Shown here in pieces: positions 22,921 to 31,906 of a DNA stretch of 38,668 nucleotides. The DNA comes from Patescibacteria group bacterium (GTDB lineage: Bacteria; Patescibacteriota; Patescibacteriia; 2-12-FULL-60-25): contig JAZDIB010000016.1 of NCBI GenBank assembly GCA_043805355.1, forward strand, positions 1 to 38,668, read 5' to 3'. The stretch's first letter is position 1, and every line of letters starts with the position of its first letter. Below the pieces are notes generated by a model. That model saw nothing but the letters and a program-made list of their open reading frames with translations. It had not been told where the DNA came from and ran no database searches. A program made the position numbers and the translations under genes.

Positions 22921-24227
22921 GCGGCGCGGAGTTCGTCCCGATGTCCGTAGACCTTCTCGAAGGCATGGACCACGTCGTCCATATCCTCCTGCGTCGCCGG
23001 AGGCCGCATGAACTCGTTCAGGAAGAGTTCCTTCTCATGCAGCCGCTCGACGACGGGACAGATGCCCTTGGCGTAGGAGACGTTCCCGGGGTGGTACGGC
23101 GAGACGAACGGATACCCGTCCCGTCCGATGGCGATCTTCTTCTGGAACAGCGGCATGAGATACAGCGGCTTCACGTATCCGACGCTGAGCTGCGGCCCCT
23201 CGGCCTCGCGCAGCTCCGTCGGAGGGAGCTCCGCACGGACCGCGTCGATGAACGCGTCGCGCGGCACGCCGACGATGCCCTCGTCGAACAGGAACGGCTG
23301 CATGTAATAGACGTGCGTCGCGCCTTCGCGGACCTTCGGCGCGCGGATCCCGGGGAAGGCGCCAAGCTTCTCCGCGAGATACGTGCAGTTCCGGAGCCGC
23401 GCCTCGACGAGGCCGCTCAGCTTCTTCAATTGCTCGCGTCCGATCGCGGCCTGGATTTCCGTCAGCCGGAAATTCGACCCGAGCATGTTCACGAGGTCGG
23501 TCTCGCCCTTGTCCCCTACGACGGCTTCCGCATGGTTCCGGATGAGGCGGAGCCGTTCCGCCAGACGGTCGTCGTCCGTGACGACCACGCCGCCTTCGCC
23601 CGTATGGATGTGCTTGTGGTAATTCAGCGAATACACGCCCATGTCGCCGAGCGTCCCGGCGTATCGGCCCTTGTACATGGCTCCCGGTGCCTGCGCGCAG
23701 TCCTCGATGACCGTCAGGCCGTGCTCCTTCGCGATTGCATTGATCGCCTCCACGTCGTACGGCTGCCCCATGATATCCACCACGATGATGGCCTTGGTCC
23801 GTGGCGTGATGCGTGCTCGGACGGATTCCGGATCCAGGCAGAACTGCTCCGGTTCGATGTCCGCGAAGACCGGGATGGCCCCGTACCACAACGGCACGGT
23901 CGCGGAGACGGCCATGCTGTACGGCGAGACGATGACCTCGTCGCCCGGACCGATCCCCACGGCGCCGACGGCCGCCTGCAGCCCGGACGTGCAGGAGTTC
24001 ACGGCGATGGCATGCTTCACGCCGAAATGCGCGGCCCACTCCTTCTCGAACGCCTGGACTTCCGGGCCTCCATAGAAATCCTCATGCCAGCAACCGAGAT
24101 ACCGGGACAGGATACCCGAATCGATGACGCGGGAAACGGCGGCCTTCTCCTCTTCCCCGACGACCTTGTAGGCGGGGAACTTCCTCGTGCGGACCGGCTC
24201 TCCGCCATGGATGGCTAATCGCGGCAT
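22917..24227 (-). CDS. Long DegT/DnrJ/EryC1/StrS-family PLP aminotransferase (second sugar or keto-cyclitol aminotransferase)
   Basis: 436 aa. YSLNYHKHIHTGEGGVVVTDD carries the PLP lysine; NFRLTEIQAAIG follows. An N-terminal insertion RYLGCWHEDFYGGPEVQAFE is reminiscent of the glutamine:scyllo-inosose aminotransferase subgroup. Confidence 0.85.
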   Translation of the reverse strand: MPRLAIHGGEPVRTRKFPAYKVVGEEEKAAVSRVIDSGILSRYLGCWHEDFYGGPEVQAFEKEWAAHFGVKHAIAVNSCTSGLQAAVGAVGIGPGDEVIVSPYSMAVSATVPLWYGAIPVFADIEPEQFCLDPESVRARITPRTKAIIVVDIMGQPYDVEAINAIAKEHGLTVIEDCAQAPGAMYKGRYAGTLGDMGVYSLNYHKHIHTGEGGVVVTDDDRLAERLRLIRNHAEAVVGDKGETDLVNMLGSNFRLTEIQAAIGREQLKKLSGLVEARLRNCTYLAEKLGAFPGIRAPKVREGATHVYYMQPFLFDEGIVGVPRDAFIDAVRAELPPTELREAEGPQLSVGYVKPLYLMPLFQKKIAIGRDGYPFVSPYHPGNVSYAKGICPVVERLHEKELFLNEFMRPPATQEDMDDVVHAFEKVYGHRDELRAA

Positions 24228-24228
24228 A

Positions 24229-25203
24229 TCAGCGTGAGGTTACCTGTTCCAACAGCGTATCGCAAACGGCCTGTGTCTCCTCGGCGTCGGCAAGGACGCA
24301 CGCGAGTGGCTCCCCCCGATCGAGATGACGGACCGCGTTGTCGGCCATCCCAAGCATCGCCATGTCCATTCCCGACGCATGCGCCGACGGGTTCCCGAGC
24401 GTCCGGTATGAGGGATACGTCGCGTCGCTCGTCACGGCCTGCTCCTCCAAGCGGAACCCGACGTCCACGAGCCGGAAACGGCGCTTCTCGCAGACGACGT
24501 CGAGCTCGAACATGAACGCGCGACGCGCGTCGCCGATCATGAGATGGAACTCGGGGCACCGGCGGAACGAAAGGACCGCGCTCACGCACGAATCCTCCCG
24601 ATGGAAGTCCACGCGTGAGCCGAGGGCGCAGGCGGACACGACGTCCCCGAACAGGAACCGGGCAAGGTCGATGATGTGCGACCCGTTGTGCCGCAACCCC
24701 TTCACGTAGATCGCGGAGGCGGTCAGCACCTTCCCATATGCGCCGGACCGGAGGCCGTCGCGGAAATCCCGGAGACGAGGCCCGAACCGGTAGGAAAAAT
24801 TCACGAGAAGCGGGATACGCGTATAGGCCTTCGCGACCGTCCGGAGTCCGCGCATATCCGGGGCGACGGGCTTTTCGCAGATGACGAGTCTCGGACGGGC
24901 CTTCGCGACCCGGAGGAGCGTCGCGACGTGATCCGTGTCGGGCGTGCACACGCTCACGATGTCGGGCGCCGTCTCGCGGAGCATGGCGCCGAGGTCCGCA
25001 TACGCCGTGCATCCCCATCGGCGCGCCGCCTTCGCGGCCGCACGCGGATCGATGTCGCAGATGCCGACGAGGTCCGTCTTCGGGTGCCGGAAGAACGCAT
25101 GCGCATGCGTCAGGATCCCTCGGCTGCGCGGCGTATCGTACAACGCGGCGATGCTCCCAGCACCGACGATGGCTGCACGGAACCGCTTATCCTTCTTCGG
25201 CAT
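24229..25203 (-). CDS. Gfo/Idh/MocA-family NAD(P)-dependent oxidoreductase
   Basis: 324 aa with AAIVGAGSIA (Rossmann) and VICEKPVA (EKP motif). Its stop lies 1 nt upstream of the DegT start. Confidence 0.85.
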   Translation of the reverse strand: MPKKDKRFRAAIVGAGSIAALYDTPRSRGILTHAHAFFRHPKTDLVGICDIDPRAAAKAARRWGCTAYADLGAMLRETAPDIVSVCTPDTDHVATLLRVAKARPRLVICEKPVAPDMRGLRTVAKAYTRIPLLVNFSYRFGPRLRDFRDGLRSGAYGKVLTASAIYVKGLRHNGSHIIDLARFLFGDVVSACALGSRVDFHREDSCVSAVLSFRRCPEFHLMIGDARRAFMFELDVVCEKRRFRLVDVGFRLEEQAVTSDATYPSYRTLGNPSAHASGMDMAMLGMADNAVRHLDRGEPLACVLADAEETQAVCDTLLEQVTSR

Positions 25204-25945
25204 GTTTTTGTCTCACGTCCCTATTCATGTCCGCGAGGTCGGGATGTTCCGCCAACAGACGCACGACGTGCGATGCGCCGAAGTCCGGCGTTTCGCCGTG
25301 CAGTCGACCGAACACCTCTCCGATCAACGCATAGTCGTCCGGTTCGTCCAGGGTGACGCGGATGTGCGGGGCATGGCACTCGGGCTCCGCGGTCCAATTG
25401 TACGAACGGTATTCGTCCGGGTGCATGTAGATGTAATAGGAGACGTGCGTGCGGTCGATGGGATCCTGCGTCTTCCGATCCACCTCCGCGAGCACGCGCG
25501 TCGGGAAGACCTGGACCTCGAACCCGAGCGGATACGATTGCGTGAGGCAGTTCGCCGCGTAGTCCACGTCGCGTCCGAAGAATTCCTCGATGCCGCAGTC
25601 CACCACGCGGTGATCCATGAGCGGGCAGTCGCCGGTGATCTCCACGATGAGGTCGGCGGCATGGGCCTGGGCGGCACCGAGGACGCGGCCGAGCACGTCC
25701 TCCTCGCTTCCGCGAAACCATTTCGCCCCTGCACGCTCCGCGGCCTGGACGATCGCGTCATCCGCGGAATTCACGGTCGTCGCCACGACGACATCATCGA
25801 GGTATGCGCTCCGTTTGAGCCGTTCGATGAGCCGTTCCAACGCCGGTGCGCCGCCGAGGGGGAGCAGGACCTTGCCCGGCAAACGCGAAGAGGACATCCG
25901 GGCTTCGATGGTCGCGATGATCCGTTCAGGGCGGTCCGCATGCAT
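25187..25945 (-). CDS. Second SpsF-type cytidylyltransferase (CTP_transf_3 family)
   Basis: 252 aa with IIATIEARMSSSRLPGKVL and ITGDCPLMD. Paralogous to 12364-13110. 17-nt overlap with the oxidoreductase start. Confidence 0.75.
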   Translation of the reverse strand: MHADRPERIIATIEARMSSSRLPGKVLLPLGGAPALERLIERLKRSAYLDDVVVATTVNSADDAIVQAAERAGAKWFRGSEEDVLGRVLGAAQAHAADLIVEITGDCPLMDHRVVDCGIEEFFGRDVDYAANCLTQSYPLGFEVQVFPTRVLAEVDRKTQDPIDRTHVSYYIYMHPDEYRSYNWTAEPECHAPHIRVTLDEPDDYALIGEVFGRLHGETPDFGASHVVRLLAEHPDLADMNRDVRQKHAEEG

Positions 25946-25963
25946 AGGTCGTCTGTGGGTTCC

Positions 25964-25992
25964 TTGATATCACGTTCCGCCTTCCCGTTCAA
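25964..25992 (-). promoter_or_regulatory. Candidate internal promoter (TTGAAC-17 nt-TATCAA on the minus strand) upstream of the second cytidylyltransferase
   Basis: -35 is the complement of 25987-25992, -10 is the complement of 25964-25969, with a 17-nt spacer. It sits in the 64-nt gap between the flippase stop and the ATG at 25945. The leader would be very short. Pattern match only. Confidence 0.25.
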
Positions 25993-26009
25993 GGGTCTTG
26001 CCGAAGGCG

Positions 26010-27518
26010 TCAGAGGCCCCGTATCGGAATCCGGAGCTCCTTCATGACCGATCGGAACGTCATCCACGGGCCCGCCTTGAGCCGGATGCCCACGGTCCGG
26101 AGCACGGCCAGATACAGGAAGCCGAGGCCACAAAGGTAGGCGAGATCCGCGGGGATGCTATGTAGGGCATGGATCGGGCCGCGGAACGCGACGGCGGCGG
26201 CGACGACGACAATGCTCGCCAGGCCGGTCGACGCGAGAATCGGTACGAACGCGCTCTTGCCGAGCAGGAAGATCGGCCGCGCCTTCCACGCGACGAAGAC
26301 CAGCATGAGGATCCACATGACGACGATCGCGGCCGCAAGGCCGTTCGTCCGATAGGCCCATGCGCCGAGGACCATGAGCGGGATGCCGACGAACGCCTGA
26401 AGGAGATTCAGCTTGAAGTTCAGGTCCGGTCGGCCGAGGGCGGCGAAAATCGGCCGGACGACGCTTACGATGGCGTGGAACATCGCTCCGATGGAAAAGA
26501 TCTTGAGCGGAACGACGAGCGGCAGCCAGCGCTCCCCGAGCAGGATGGACACGAGGCTCCCACCTTCGAGCAGGATGAGGAGACTGTACGGAACCGCGCT
26601 CAACGAGAGCATGTCGAGCGATTTCGAGAACCCCTCGCGCACCTTGCCGATCTGGTCCTGGATCTTGGAGAACGCGGGGAACGCGATCTTGTCGACCAGC
26701 GAGGTGATGGATCCCGCGGCGAGGAGCGAGAAGTCCTTCGCCTTCGCATAGAAGCCGAGCTGGGTCGTGTCGAGCAGCCGGCCGAGTACGAGCTTATCCA
26801 CGTAGTTCAGCGCGTACTCCACGAGTTGCTGCCCATACACCCATTTCCCGTATCCGATGAGCGAGAGCAGGCGCCGAAACCGGAAGGAGACGCGCGGCCA
26901 AGACGGATACAGGACATAGCTGACGCCGACGCCGACGACGTACATGCCCATGTATCCCGCGAACAGCGCCCAGACCGTCGGCGAGACGAACATCGCGTAG
27001 AGGATGGCGACCGCCGAGAACGTCGCCTGCGCCGCGATATCTCGAACGAACAGCGCGCGGAAATTGAGCTCCTTGAACAGGTACGCGACGCGGACGTTCG
27101 CGAGGACCGGCACGAGGATCATGAGCCCCCCAAGCCGGAGGAGGAGCGCGTATGCGGGATCCACGTTGAAGAACGCGGCGACCCATCCGCCCACCCCGAA
27201 CAGCACGAGGGCGATGGCCGCGCTCCGGAGCAAATCGAGCGTCCAAAACGGATCGAGATAGCCCTCGATGTCCTCCTTCTTCTGGATCAGGGCGTTCATG
27301 AGGCCCGACGGCGTCGTGACCTGGCCCAGGAACCCTACGACGATGAGCACGATGGCGATGATCCCGTAGTCCGATGGCATGAGGAAGCGCGCGAGCACGA
27401 AGAACGTTACGAGGTTGATCGTCTTCTGCCCGAGCACGCTCAACATGAACCACTTGCCGCTCGTGACGGACCGGTGGTAGACCCCCTGGTTCCCTTCGTT
27501 GTTCGTCGTTGGTTCCAT
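26010..27518 (-). CDS. Wzx-like oligosaccharide/polysaccharide flippase (MOP superfamily)
   Basis: 502 aa, polytopic with about 12-14 hydrophobic helices. The N-terminus GKWFMLSVLGQKTINLVTFFVLARFL is typical of the polysaccharide biosynthesis protein family. It is the first gene of the long minus-strand block. Confidence 0.75.
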   Translation of the reverse strand: MEPTTNNEGNQGVYHRSVTSGKWFMLSVLGQKTINLVTFFVLARFLMPSDYGIIAIVLIVVGFLGQVTTPSGLMNALIQKKEDIEGYLDPFWTLDLLRSAAIALVLFGVGGWVAAFFNVDPAYALLLRLGGLMILVPVLANVRVAYLFKELNFRALFVRDIAAQATFSAVAILYAMFVSPTVWALFAGYMGMYVVGVGVSYVLYPSWPRVSFRFRRLLSLIGYGKWVYGQQLVEYALNYVDKLVLGRLLDTTQLGFYAKAKDFSLLAAGSITSLVDKIAFPAFSKIQDQIGKVREGFSKSLDMLSLSAVPYSLLILLEGGSLVSILLGERWLPLVVPLKIFSIGAMFHAIVSVVRPIFAALGRPDLNFKLNLLQAFVGIPLMVLGAWAYRTNGLAAAIVVMWILMLVFVAWKARPIFLLGKSAFVPILASTGLASIVVVAAAVAFRGPIHALHSIPADLAYLCGLGFLYLAVLRTVGIRLKAGPWMTFRSVMKELRIPIRGL

Positions 27519-27628
27519 ATCTAGGCCGGATGCGCCATGAATCCTTGCAACATGGGCCCCCTTTTAGTAACGTTGCCCCGTCACATCATAGGGCCAAACC
27601 CGACGGAACGGAAGGGTTCGCCCGCGCT
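27519..27628. promoter_or_regulatory. Divergent promoter region between the flippase block and the plus-strand block
   Basis: 110-nt gap between divergent start codons (27518 minus, 27629 plus). It contains a palindromic TTGCAA (27545-27550) followed 17 nt later by a weak TAACGT (27568-27573). The assignment is weak. Confidence 0.3.
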
Positions 27629-29143
27629 ATGAAAGGCTGTTTCCTCCTCCAACGCCAATTCGCCTATGTCGGCCATGCGCTCGCCCGACTCCTGATGGAG
27701 CGCGATGGCGTGAAGGGTTTTTGCGGCTACGTGTACGTGAGGCAGGGGTTCGATTTCCTGACATCGCAGACGGAGGTGCCCTACGGTACGCTCCTGCTCG
27801 ATGAGGAGATCCACGACCGATACAAGGACGAGGTCCTCGACCCGGCGTTCCTCGACAGGCTCGAGAAGGACTATGGCATCCCGAACCTCTGGCCCTATCT
27901 CAAGGTGGACCGCGTCCTCATGTCCAACCAGCTCGTGCGCGAATACCCGTACGACCGTTCGCCGTATACGCACGAGGAGCTGCTCCGCATCCTGCAGGTC
28001 CATGCGAAGGCCGTCATCGGCATGTTGGAGAAAGAGCGCCCGGATTTCCTGATCGGCTCCGTCTTCGGCGGGGTCGGAAGCCTGCTCCTCTACCACATCG
28101 CGGAACGCATGGGGGTCCGCACACTCAACGTGCTCTCGACCTGCATCAGGGACCGCTGGCTCCTGAGCGGCGCCTACGACACCTTCACGTCCGTCGATGC
28201 CCGCATGGCCGCGCCGGACGCGGCGATCGAGTCGTCCTCCGCGTGGACGCAGGCCGGGGCCTTTCTCGAGGAGTTCCGCGCGAAACCCATCCCCTACTTC
28301 AAGAACTCCACCCCCGAACACCAATCCGTGACGCGACGCCGTCAATTCAGGTTCCTCCTGCCGAAGAACATCCTCCGCTCGATTTCGTCGTACGTCGGCG
28401 AGGTGCGGCGGCACCTGGGCGGACGCGAGCGGTCGGACTACGACACGATCGGTCCGTGGAACTCCCTGAGGGACCGCCTCATGCGCAAGGCGCGGAACCT
28501 CATCGGCGCCGACGACCTCTACGACGAGGTCGTCCCCGGTGAGGAGTTCGCGTTTTTCCCGCTGCACTATGAGCCGGAGGTCTCGCTCCTCTTGCAGGCG
28601 CCGTTCACGACGGACCAAATCCACCTCATCAAGCAGATTGCGCGGTCGCTCCCGGTCCGGATGAAGCTGTACGTGAAGGAACACCCGGTCATGGCCGAAT
28701 ACCGGCCTCGGTCCTACTACAAGGAGCTGAAGAAGATCCATAACGTGAAGCTGATCCGTCCGACGGTGTCGAGCTACACGCTCATCCCGGACGCGAAGCT
28801 CGTGCTCACCATCACGGGGACGGTCGGCTGGGAAGCGATCCTGCTCAAGAAGCCGGTCATCATGTTCGGCCGCTGGTTCTACAGCACACTCCCGTTCGTG
28901 AAGCGGTGCACGGAGATGGAACGCCTCCCGTCGCTGGTGAAGGAGCAGCTCAAAGGGTTCCGGCATGACGAACGGGAGCTTAGGCGGTTCCTCGCGTACA
29001 TCTTCGAGGATTCCGCGGAGATCGACCTGAGCCGCATCTGGAACGAGGAACGCGATCCCGAGAGGAAGAAAGCCTCCCTCGCGCCCTTCGCCGACCTGCT
29101 GGCCAAGACGCTCGGGCTCACGTACCATTCATCGGACCTATGA
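27629..29143 (+). CDS. Capsule_synth (KpsS/KpsC-like) family protein, candidate CMP-ulosonate-dependent glycosyltransferase
   Basis: ATG at 27629 inside track ORF 27509-29143. The C-terminal half has FFPLHYEPEVSLL, KLYVKEHPV (HP motif) and LTITGTVGWEAILLKKPVIMFG, as in capsule polysaccharide biosynthesis proteins. Confidence 0.5.
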   Translation: MKGCFLLQRQFAYVGHALARLLMERDGVKGFCGYVYVRQGFDFLTSQTEVPYGTLLLDEEIHDRYKDEVLDPAFLDRLEKDYGIPNLWPYLKVDRVLMSNQLVREYPYDRSPYTHEELLRILQVHAKAVIGMLEKERPDFLIGSVFGGVGSLLLYHIAERMGVRTLNVLSTCIRDRWLLSGAYDTFTSVDARMAAPDAAIESSSAWTQAGAFLEEFRAKPIPYFKNSTPEHQSVTRRRQFRFLLPKNILRSISSYVGEVRRHLGGRERSDYDTIGPWNSLRDRLMRKARNLIGADDLYDEVVPGEEFAFFPLHYEPEVSLLLQAPFTTDQIHLIKQIARSLPVRMKLYVKEHPVMAEYRPRSYYKELKKIHNVKLIRPTVSSYTLIPDAKLVLTITGTVGWEAILLKKPVIMFGRWFYSTLPFVKRCTEMERLPSLVKEQLKGFRHDERELRRFLAYIFEDSAEIDLSRIWNEERDPERKKASLAPFADLLAKTLGLTYHSSDL

Positions 29144-29937
29144 ACATCGGCATCATCGGCCTCGGCGTCGTCGGAAGCGCCGTGAAGAACGGCTTCGAGA
29201 AGATTGGGCACTCCGTGTCCGTCTTCGATACGAAATACCCGGATTCTACCCTCGCGGACGTGCTCGGGACGGAGGTCTGCTTCCTCACCCTCCCGACCCC
29301 TCCGCGCGAGGACGGCTCCTGCGACATTTCCATCGTGGAACGGACGCTCCGCGACCTCGAGGCGAACGGATATGGAGGCCTCGCGGTCATCAAATCAACG
29401 GTCGAACCGGGAACCACGGACCGCCTCTCCAAGGAACTCAAGATCTCGCTCGCGTTCTGCCCTGAGTTCCTGCGGGAACGCGCCGCCTACACGGACTTCG
29501 CCGAGAACCACGACGTGCTCGTCATCGGGGCGTACTCGGACGAGCACCATGGTTTGATCCGGGAGACCCACGGGTCCCTGCCGAAGAACGTGTTCCTGAT
29601 GACGCCGCTCGAGGCGGAACTCGCGAAGTACTTCTCGAACGTGTACAACGCGCTGCGCATCACGTTCGCGAACGAATTCTACGAGGTCTGCACGGCGCTC
29701 GGGGCGGACTACGGCCGGATCAAGCACGCAATGGTGCACCGCCAGAACATCGAGGACGCCTACCTCGACTGCAACGAGAACTTCCGCGGGTTCGGCGGCG
29801 TCTGTCTGCCGAAAGATACGAAGGCACTCGCGGCGCTCGTCCGGAAGCTCGGGCTCGACCTCAAGCTTTTCGAGACCATCGTGGAAGAAAACGATAAATT
29901 CAAGCGCACGGTCCCGAAGGGCATGCGCGACGTATGA
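29140..29937 (+). CDS. Short UDP-glucose/GDP-mannose dehydrogenase-family protein lacking the C-terminal domain (paralog 2)
   Basis: 265 aa with MNIGIIGLGVVGSAV, CPEFLRE and GFGGVCLPKDT (catalytic Cys). Only about 35 residues follow the Cys motif. ATGA overlaps at both ends. Confidence 0.8.
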   Translation: MNIGIIGLGVVGSAVKNGFEKIGHSVSVFDTKYPDSTLADVLGTEVCFLTLPTPPREDGSCDISIVERTLRDLEANGYGGLAVIKSTVEPGTTDRLSKELKISLAFCPEFLRERAAYTDFAENHDVLVIGAYSDEHHGLIRETHGSLPKNVFLMTPLEAELAKYFSNVYNALRITFANEFYEVCTALGADYGRIKHAMVHRQNIEDAYLDCNENFRGFGGVCLPKDTKALAALVRKLGLDLKLFETIVEENDKFKRTVPKGMRDV

Positions 29938-30947
29938 AAAAAATCCTGGTGACAGGCGGGGCGGGCTTCATCGGCCTGTTCCTGTCGAAGCATCTCGCCG
30001 CCGATCCCGACACGGCGCTCGTCCTCGTCGACAACCTCCAGCGCGGCCGCATGGACGACGACCTGAAGGAATTCCTGGCGGCGAATGCCGGACGGGCGAC
30101 GTTCATCACGGCGGACCTGACGGATCCGAAATCCTTCGAGACGCTCGACAGGGACTTCGATCACGTCTACCACCTCGCGGCCGTGAACGGGACCAAGTGG
30201 TTCTACGAGATGCCGCAGGAGGTCCTGCGCATCAACACGCTCTCGCTGACGAACGTCCTCGCGTGGATCACGACGCTCGAGAAGAAGCCGAAGCTGTGCT
30301 TCACCTCATCGAACGAGGCCTACGCAGGAGCGCTCGCGTCGTTCGACCAATTGCCGATCCCGACGCCGGAGGACGTCCCGCTCGTCATCAGCGATACCTA
30401 CAACCCGCGCTGGACATATGCGGCGACCAAGCTCATCGGCGAGCTGTTCGTCATCCACTACGCGAAGCGCTACGGGTTCCCGGCCCTCATCGTCCGCCCG
30501 CACAACTTCTACGGCCCGCGCGCCGGGTACGACCACGTCATCCCGGAATTCTGCAAGCGTATCCAGGACCGCGTCGACCCGTTCCAGGTCTTCGGGCCGG
30601 ACGAGACGCGGACGTTCTGCTACATCACCGACGCGGTCAGGGCCATGCAGATGCTGATGGACTCGCCGAAGACCGATGGCCAGCCCGTCGAGACCGTGCA
30701 CATCGGCAACACGGACGAGATCACGATGCAGGGCTTGGCGGATAAGCTGTTCGCCGTCACGGGGTGGAAGCCGTCGAGGATCGACGTCAAGGAATCCCCC
30801 GCAGGCAGCGTGAAGCGACGGCTCGCCGACATCTCGAAGATCGAGTCGATGATCGGCTGGAGGCCCGAGATCCCGCTCGAGGAGGGGCTTAAGCGGACGT
30901 TCGACTGGTACGCCCTCCATCCCAAACCCGCGAATAAGGACGCATGA
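29934..30947 (+). CDS. NAD-dependent nucleotide-sugar epimerase/dehydratase/reductase (extended SDR)
   Basis: 337 aa with ILVTGGAGFIG, TSSNEAYA, YAATK (YxxxK) and RPHNFYGPR. Confidence 0.85.
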   Translation: MKKILVTGGAGFIGLFLSKHLAADPDTALVLVDNLQRGRMDDDLKEFLAANAGRATFITADLTDPKSFETLDRDFDHVYHLAAVNGTKWFYEMPQEVLRINTLSLTNVLAWITTLEKKPKLCFTSSNEAYAGALASFDQLPIPTPEDVPLVISDTYNPRWTYAATKLIGELFVIHYAKRYGFPALIVRPHNFYGPRAGYDHVIPEFCKRIQDRVDPFQVFGPDETRTFCYITDAVRAMQMLMDSPKTDGQPVETVHIGNTDEITMQGLADKLFAVTGWKPSRIDVKESPAGSVKRRLADISKIESMIGWRPEIPLEEGLKRTFDWYALHPKPANKDA

Positions 30948-31906
30948 GCCGGATTCTCATCACCGGAAGCGAAGGCAATATCGGCACGTACATCACCGAA
31001 GCGGTTCGGCGTCTCTTGCCGGACGCGGAGATCGTCCGCGTGGACCGTACGCGCCGGGTGGACGCGGACGCAGGACTCCATGCAGGCGACCTGCTCGACC
31101 CGACATTCGTCCGGACGCTGTTCGAGAAACCTGTCGACGTCGTCATCCACGCGGCCGCGCCGCCCTACAACGCGACGACCTACAGGGAGAACCCGTACGG
31201 CGTCTTCCGCGACGACGTACGCCTTTTTTCCAACGTCCTCGAGAACTGCACGCGTGACGTGAAGAAGGTCGTCTATCTCTCGTCCGCCATGGTCTACGAA
31301 GGCGTCGAGGAACTCCCGTTCCGGGAAGACGCGACGGACATGTCCCCCGCTCCCCGCTCCCCCTACGGCCTCGCGAAGTACGTGAACGAGCGTGCCCTGA
31401 AGTTCCTCCACGCGCAGCACGGAACCGACTACACGATCTGGCGCATGTTCAACGTCGTCTCGCCGCGCGAGGACCATTCGAAGCCCGGCGCGCACGTCTA
31501 CGTCGATTTCTACCGCAAGCTGTTCGTCGAGCGCGTCCCCGTCCTCGACATCTTCGGCGACGGCACGCAGGTCCGCAGCTTCACCTGGGTCGGGGACGTC
31601 GCCGACACCATCGTCCGCCATCTCGACGATGGCCGGACATCGGGTCAGACGATCAACCTCGCCGGTAACGAACCGCACAGCCTGCTGGACCTGAAGGACG
31701 CGTTCCTCGACATCGGGATGGCGACCGGCCTCCTGCCCGCGGACTATCATCCGGACGTGAAGACCGGCGAAACCTTTTTCGGCGTCGAGGCCCCGAAACG
31801 GATCCCGAGCCTGGAGAAGCTGACGACGCTCGTCGCCGGAGGGTGCGCCACGGACTTCAGGACGTGCTTCGAACGTTTCATCCTCGGCAAGAACCCGACC
31901 GTATGA
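30944..31906 (+). CDS. NAD-dependent epimerase/reductase (SDR with a variant glycine motif)
   Basis: 320 aa with ILITGSEGNIG, LSSAMVYE, YGLAKY (YxxxK) and GDGTQVRSF. Confidence 0.8.
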   Translation: MSRILITGSEGNIGTYITEAVRRLLPDAEIVRVDRTRRVDADAGLHAGDLLDPTFVRTLFEKPVDVVIHAAAPPYNATTYRENPYGVFRDDVRLFSNVLENCTRDVKKVVYLSSAMVYEGVEELPFREDATDMSPAPRSPYGLAKYVNERALKFLHAQHGTDYTIWRMFNVVSPREDHSKPGAHVYVDFYRKLFVERVPVLDIFGDGTQVRSFTWVGDVADTIVRHLDDGRTSGQTINLAGNEPHSLLDLKDAFLDIGMATGLLPADYHPDVKTGETFFGVEAPKRIPSLEKLTTLVAGGCATDFRTCFERFILGKNPTV

